12,679 nt of DNA from Geosiphon pyriformis uo1. Its lineage: Eukaryota > Fungi > Glomeromycota. The DNA lies in contig JAAOMT010000787.1 of the NCBI GenBank assembly GCA_016748015.1, forward strand, positions 8,431 to 21,109, read 5' to 3'. This document shows, piece by piece, positions 9,187 to 12,679 of the stretch. The position numbers and the translations under genes were made by a program. The notes under the pieces were generated by a model that saw only the letters and a list, made by a program, of their open reading frames with translations, did no database searches and was not told where the DNA came from. Each line of letters starts with the position of its first letter. Position 1 is the stretch's first letter.

Positions 9187-10685
9187 TTACCTTTTTATGA
9201 TTTGAAAAATTTCATACTCCTCGAAAGAAAAATTCACCCGTTGATTTTCTGATCCAAGTAAACCATGCTCATAATTACCTGTCTTTCGACAAAAGCACTG
9301 TGAACTATTTTTAAAATCACTGCCACACAATCTAATATTGGCACCTCCAAAAGTGGGTCCATCATTTGGCCCACCATAAGGTCCAAATCCTGTAAAAAAC
9401 TTGCTAAGTATAGAATTTTCAGTTTTATCATCTCCAAGAGAAAAAATAAAACTTCCTTTTCCCTCTAAATATTCATTCCTAGAATGCCAAGATTGTGGGT
9501 TAAAGCCGCCAATTATCTGACCAGTTCCTTTCACTTTGATTACGCTAACTGTTGCTCCTTTATCATCGCATAATCGATGAAAATCCGCTGGAGTAAATCC
9601 GTCTCGACTTCCACGAAGTAACAATTTAAAATTATTTTCAAGTTGATTTCCAAAAGGAGTATTGTCATCTTTGCCTTGAATCCAATGATCAAGCTGTTGA
9701 ATGTTTTGCGATTTAAGAAGCTTTGTATCAATATTTGATCTAGTCAAACGTAATGGCTGAGCGTCTACAGACTTTTGATGACTACCCGGTACGAGATAAT
9801 GATGTAAAAGATCTTCATATAAAGTTCCAGGTAAGATTCTCGCAAATGGTTTTACTTTGTGATAGAAGTCAACTGAAGATATGTTAAAGAAGCGGATTAA
9901 AGGTAGAAGCCTTTCGATGGATTCCTTAAAGGCGTTAAAGTTTTCATCTGTCCAGTAAAGAACATTTTTCGTCTGAATATCGCTATCCAATTTAGCAACT
10001 CCCCATTCTACAATCTTTTCCCATATTTCAGATTCTTCTATATTTATTTCATCCTGGGTTAAAATTGAGAAAAGAGCATTTTCACTAAGGGAGGTAAAAT
10101 CTTCCGAGTTGAAGACTATAGCTGGATTTTCAGCAGCTATTTCGGTGCAGAATTTTTGTAACTTTTTGAAAGAATCATGCATAAATGAAGTTTTCTGCAA
10201 AATAGCAAAACCTTCTTTTAGCTCTTTTGCACGATTTTCAATCAAATAGTCTTCAAGATGATCAATCATGTTTTCTAGAATAAGCTCGTCAGCTGTAACA
10301 AGGAATTCTAAAATGGTAGGTACTCCATGTTTATCAAGAGAAATCTCGCCATTATAAATGTATCTGCAGAAAAATTAAAGAGTGAGTTTCATGTTGGCTA
10401 AAATATTAAAGGAAATGAAAACACTTACCTGAGAATTATTTCAAAAATTTTTGGTGAAATATTAGGTTTAGGGAATATTATGGTATTATTTTCCCTTTTA
10501 ATCCAATTGCTAGAGAGTGCGACAGCAAAATATGGTGATCTTGCTGCTAAAATTTGGGAATGAGCATAAAAAGTTCTGATATCGGGCGCTTCGCCAACTA
10601 TAATTCTAATATCAGAGAACTTCTGACTGTTAAATAAATTCTCAAAATCATTAGATAAAGCGTGAAAGTATTGCTGGGGTGACAT
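9187..10685 (-). CDS. BTB/POZ-BACK-TLDc domain protein (477 aa); exons 10685-10429 and 10363-9187
   Basis: Starts MSPQQYFHALSNDF at ATG 10685. BTB: SDIRIIVGE..FYAHSQILAARSPYF..KPNISPKIFEIILR|YIYNG..LVTADEL, split by a 65-nt GTAAGT..TGCAG intron (10428-10364) that restores the frame. BACK: EESEIWEKIVEWG..LPLIRFF. TLDc: LLLRGSRDGF..FHRLCDDKGATVSVIKV..IIGGFNP..SFIFS..GPTFG..EEYEIFQ. The ORF-track start at 10763 is a GTG, not an ATG. Confidence 0.95.
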
Positions 10686-12679
10686 TGGTAAAATATGAGA
10701 AGTCTGAGTGAGGTCTTTTTCCCTAAGATCAGTAATCGTGCCATTGACACAATATTCATACACTTATCCGGAGCAAAAGTCACATGTTAATCTGCACTTT
10801 ATCGAGAGATCATTCTCAAGGTGCTCTGCAACTTGCTCTAATCAAACGGCCTCCAAAGATCAGAGCCGCTATTTGAAAATCATAAACAGCCGGGTTTTCA
10901 GTTTTTTCAAATATAACCCTTGAGTGAAATTTTTATTAGTACTATAAACAGATTTTACCCCCAAATTGAGTGAAAACTTTTTCTTTATTATATTTTATTT
11001 CCAAACTTTTAAACCATTTTGATATTAATCAATATTTTTCAGTTATTCAGAAATTGGTCAATTTGGTCATTTTTTCATGCTTGCATATTTTATTGCTTTT
11101 AGCACATTAAATTACTTGGCAAATTTGGGAGTTAAAAAGCTAAATATAAAAAAAATATAAAAATTTATTGGAAATTTTAAAAAACCAAAGCTTACTTTTA
11201 AAATTTTCACAATTAAATTCATGTTAATTTTTAACATATTTTTCATATAAAGAATTTCAAAAATAATTTATTAGTTAATTTTTCTTTAATAAATTTACTC
11301 TTTTTAAGATATCTTGTTACATGACAATTATCTGTTTATGGTAGTTGCATATTGTTTAATATTAATTAAACATTGGAAAGAAAACTTAAAATAACATGAA
11401 TTAGAGTCTATATCTACTTTTTATTTTCAATTACAAAAACTGTCAAATTTATTTTTTCATATGAAAATGCTTTAGAAAAAATTGGCTTTTAAATAAGATC
11501 TGAAAATTTCTCGAATTAAATAAAAAATATTTTTTCTTATTAATAAATCATTACTTGAAACATAATAATTTTCTGTAAGTTAATATGTATCTTATGTAAT
11601 ATTAAATAAGCAATAAAAAAAATTAAGATTGAGTAAAAAATTTGGTTCAAGCACATTTAGCAATTAGTTTGAACAACATATATAAGCATTCTATTTTGAA
11701 GAAAGCTTTTTTTATTTGCTTTATAATTTTTTAACCAAATACAATATTGAAAAATAAACTTTTTGGTCCTGATTTTATTGTCTTTTCGCTACTATTTTAA
11801 ATTTTTATAATATCTTTTCAGATTTGCATGATAACTTTTAATTAGACCCGAGATTTTTTTTTGTTTTTAAATTATTAATGCTAACCAATTTTTTTTTAAA
11901 GCATGTATTGAAAAATGTATTTCAAGTCTTACAAAATAGAACTTCTAAATTAGAAAAGACTGTAAAAATAAAGAAGAATGATTAGATATTTTTTGCACAA
12001 GACAGCGTTAAAATATTGGGATAATTTCCTTAAAGGATCACATTAATAGAGGTTTCAAATAATTTTAGCTTGCTCACAACTAAATCAAATATTCACAAAT
12101 TCTTGAGATTAAATTTTTCTTCAAAATACATAGGAGAACAACTTTTAAAAATAACAATTCTATGCCATTTTCTTTAGAAAAAAATATAAAAAGATCAAAA
12201 TTATACTTAATTTAAGGAATAAACAAATTATTAAATAATTTTGATCGAATTATTTTTGTCTTAGCAATTATTTTTTTTGAAAATTCTAATCTTTGTCTTT
12301 AAGAGTATTTTAGAATTAGGAAGATTCATTTTAATTTCATGCTTTAAAAAATAAACTTTGAAAAAAGTATTTTATTTTCAAAATTTAAAGTACCCAGTAA
12401 GATTTATTTATCCAATATTTGATTTTTTTAAATTGTCAAGTTAAAAAACAATAGAATTTGTGAAAATTACCTTCCTAATAGTTACCAATTTAAGAAATTT
12501 ATTGAAGGCCCTTGAAACTTGAAGTTCATTTTGAAGATAAAAATGAAAACAAAATGATCTTATTTCATAAGTTCTTTGGCTTAATGTTTTTATTAAAGAT
12601 CTCTTTTGCTTAAAATAAATTAATTCTTTCTTAAATTGTCATTTACTACTATATTTAGCATTGAAAACTTTATATTATT

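Noticed and set aside
9234-10923. Small ORFs 9234-9437, 9540-9731 and 10708-10923
   Set aside because: Alternative-frame or antisense overlaps of the BTB-TLDc gene and its leader.
10930-12679. Long AT-rich terminal stretch
   Set aside because: No ORF, TIR pair, RNA gene or repeat structure that I could support by eye.

Overview
Very AT-rich eukaryotic DNA with short GT-AG introns of about 45-85 nt. The BTB-BACK-TLDc gene and intron style suggest an arbuscular mycorrhizal fungus (Glomeromycota); this is inference. In order, the window holds: (1) a heavily decayed relic of a secreted pepsin-like (A1) aspartic protease gene (- strand, ~495-1290); (2) a four-exon secreted class-3 lipase-like gene (- strand, 2229-3658, ~400 aa) whose GxSxG nucleophile motif reads GFGFG, so it lacks the catalytic serine; (3) an (ATA)16 microsatellite; (4) a divergently oriented, pseudogenised paralog (+ strand, ~3960-5390) with the same Ser-to-Gly change; (5) a 703-bp non-autonomous PIF/Harbinger-type MITE (7010-7712) with 18-bp perfect TIRs and a TAA target-site duplication; (6) an intact two-exon BTB/POZ-BACK-TLDc gene (- strand, 9187-10685, 477 aa). 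The best candidate for undescribed biology is the pair of secreted serine-less pseudo-lipases.
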